Assembly (NCBI GenBank): GCA_963777605.1
Contig: CAVZRV010000029.1
Location: 256,001 to 320,000 of the forward strand
Source: an uncultured Acidobacteriota bacterium
GTDB lineage: Bacteria; Acidobacteriota; UBA6911; RPQK01; JAPXNP01
Direction of reading: 5' to 3'
Length of the DNA: 64,000 bases
The notes under the pieces are model-generated. The model saw only the letters and a program-made list of their open reading frames with translations, made no database searches and was not told the DNA's origin. How positions within the stretch are numbered: position 1 is the stretch's first letter; every line of letters starts with the position of its first letter. Positions 62,636-64,000 of this stretch are shown piece after piece. The translations under genes were made by a program, and so were the position numbers.

Positions 62636-63547
62636 CTAGACAGGGAAGCTGTCGCACTCTCTGTAAGCCGCCAACAAGGCCTTTTCCCCTTCGATTCCGG
62701 GGCGTGAAATTCCGTGTTCCATTCCCAGAATCCCGTTGTAGCGCTTCCCGTTGAGGTGCTTGAAGATATTCCGGTAATTGATTTCACCAGTCGTAGGTTC
62801 GTTGCGGCCGGGATTATCGCCGATTTGGAAATAGGCGATCTCGTCCCATCCACGATCCAGATTGGGAATCAGGTTTCCCTCGGTGACCTGCTGGTGGTAG
62901 AGATCATCCAAAATCTTGCATGATGGACTGCCAACGGCCCGGCAGATCTGGTACGCCTGGGCGATCTTGGTCAGGAACAGGCCGGGATGGTCCCGATAAG
63001 GGTTGAGAGGTTCCAGGACCATCACCAAGCCAGTCGGTTCACATATTTCAGCACACCGTTTCAGGTTCTCGATCACGTTGGCGGTTTGGTATGACCATTC
63101 CACGCCGGGGTCAAAGCATCCGCAGACGACGGTACACCACCTGGCGTTCACCCGCTTCGCAACCTCGACAGACTCCCGGATGTTCTTCAGGAATGGTTCC
63201 CGAATCTCAGGCTTGTCAGAGACGAAGGTCGTGTTCTTGAAGTCCGCGGTCGCCACGAAAACTCCCATCTCCAGATTGAGGCGGGACATTGCCGCGGCGA
63301 TCCGCTCCTGCTCTGCAACTGGACGTCCCCGCATGCCGTTGTCTTCGAAAGCCCGGAACCCCTGGTCGGCTGCAAACTTAAGCTGATCCACCAGGTCCGG
63401 TCCGGCATGGTGCCTGAACATGCCGAAGTGCGGGGCATACTTCAGTTTAAACTGACCTGCTGCTGGGGCGCTTGAGCCGCCGAGACTGATTCCACTCGCC
63501 CCGGCTGCCGCCAGAGCTCCGGATCCGATAAACCGTCGTCTGTTCAT
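62636..63547 (-). CDS. Tat-exported hydroxypyruvate isomerase family protein
   Basis: NRRRFI signal, VLEPLN, DLYHQQ, DNPGRNEP, GMEH. Confidence 0.9.
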   Translation of the reverse strand: MNRRRFIGSGALAAAGASGISLGGSSAPAAGQFKLKYAPHFGMFRHHAGPDLVDQLKFAADQGFRAFEDNGMRGRPVAEQERIAAAMSRLNLEMGVFVATADFKNTTFVSDKPEIREPFLKNIRESVEVAKRVNARWCTVVCGCFDPGVEWSYQTANVIENLKRCAEICEPTGLVMVLEPLNPYRDHPGLFLTKIAQAYQICRAVGSPSCKILDDLYHQQVTEGNLIPNLDRGWDEIAYFQIGDNPGRNEPTTGEINYRNIFKHLNGKRYNGILGMEHGISRPGIEGEKALLAAYRECDSFPV

Positions 63548-63553
63548 TCGGTG

Positions 63554-64000
63554 CTAGCTCTTCCCCATCACGATGAGAACGTTCTTGGCGTTATTCAGGT
63601 TAGTCTCATCCTTGCCCATTTCGATGTACTTCTCAAGCATCGTCTTGGCACGAACCTTGTCGTTGAGCTCATAGAAGTAATCCATTCCCAACTGGTAGTA
63701 GGCTTCGGCAAAGTTCGGGTTTACCTGGAGCACCTTCTCAAACACCATCCGGGCCTGGGCCTGCTTACCCTTACGCACGAACTCCTGTCCGAGGTCGAAC
63801 AGTCCCTGATCGACCGGCTCGCCCTTCATTTCAAGAACCTTCTGCCTGGCATCGATCGCCTCTGGGTACTTTTCCAGGGCGAGGTACGCCGTGGTCATCT
63901 CTTCCCAAAGGACCTGGTGATACTGCTTGTCGATATCCTGGAGGGCGACCTTCGCTTTTTCGATCGCCTCGGCGGGCTTGCCGTCCTTGATCAGTTCCTG
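63554..64000 (-). CDS. TPR repeat protein (3' part; starts beyond the window)
   Basis: NPNFAEAYYQLG and related TPR helices. Confidence 0.8.
   Translation of the reverse strand, partial: QELIKDGKPAEAIEKAKVALQDIDKQYHQVLWEEMTTAYLALEKYPEAIDARQKVLEMKGEPVDQGLFDLGQEFVRKGKQAQARMVFEKVLQVNPNFAEAYYQLGMDYFYELNDKVRAKTMLEKYIEMGKDETNLNNAKNVLIVMGKS

Overview
This is a bacterial, moderately GC-rich window. Gene content and intergenic repeat style suggest Acidobacteriota (inference only). Bases 1 to ~39,200 form a decayed, mosaic accessory region; ~40,000-64,000 is ordinary chromosome (Tat sugar isomerases, PAS hybrid kinase, OmpA, fucI plus a sugar kinase, glgC). The main result is four co-oriented ~185-bp recombination-site-like repeats with cores at 6379, 9881, 25006 and 29279. 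Each has an 11-bp-phased TGTGYC direct repeat, 10-bp-phased repeats, an IHF-like box (TTTCAA-N4-TTA) and the 3' half of tRNA-Leu(TAA) starting exactly at the anticodon loop. Three shortened arm-only copies (178, 10003, 39090) and one fragment (10872) also occur. No integrase is in the window. Type II toxin-antitoxin modules sit next to most sites, and the cargo is defence-like genes and a family of uncharacterised Cys-cluster exported proteins. This looks like an integron-like cassette array built from tRNA att sites, or serial island accretion at one tRNA. Also notable is a group II intron inserted in the terminal inverted repeat of an IS4 element, with EBS1/EBS2 complementary to that repeat. 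Scattered single-base frameshifts, even in ordinary genes, suggest uncorrected long-read errors, so pseudogene calls are tentative. All family assignments are by motif recognition; no searches were run.
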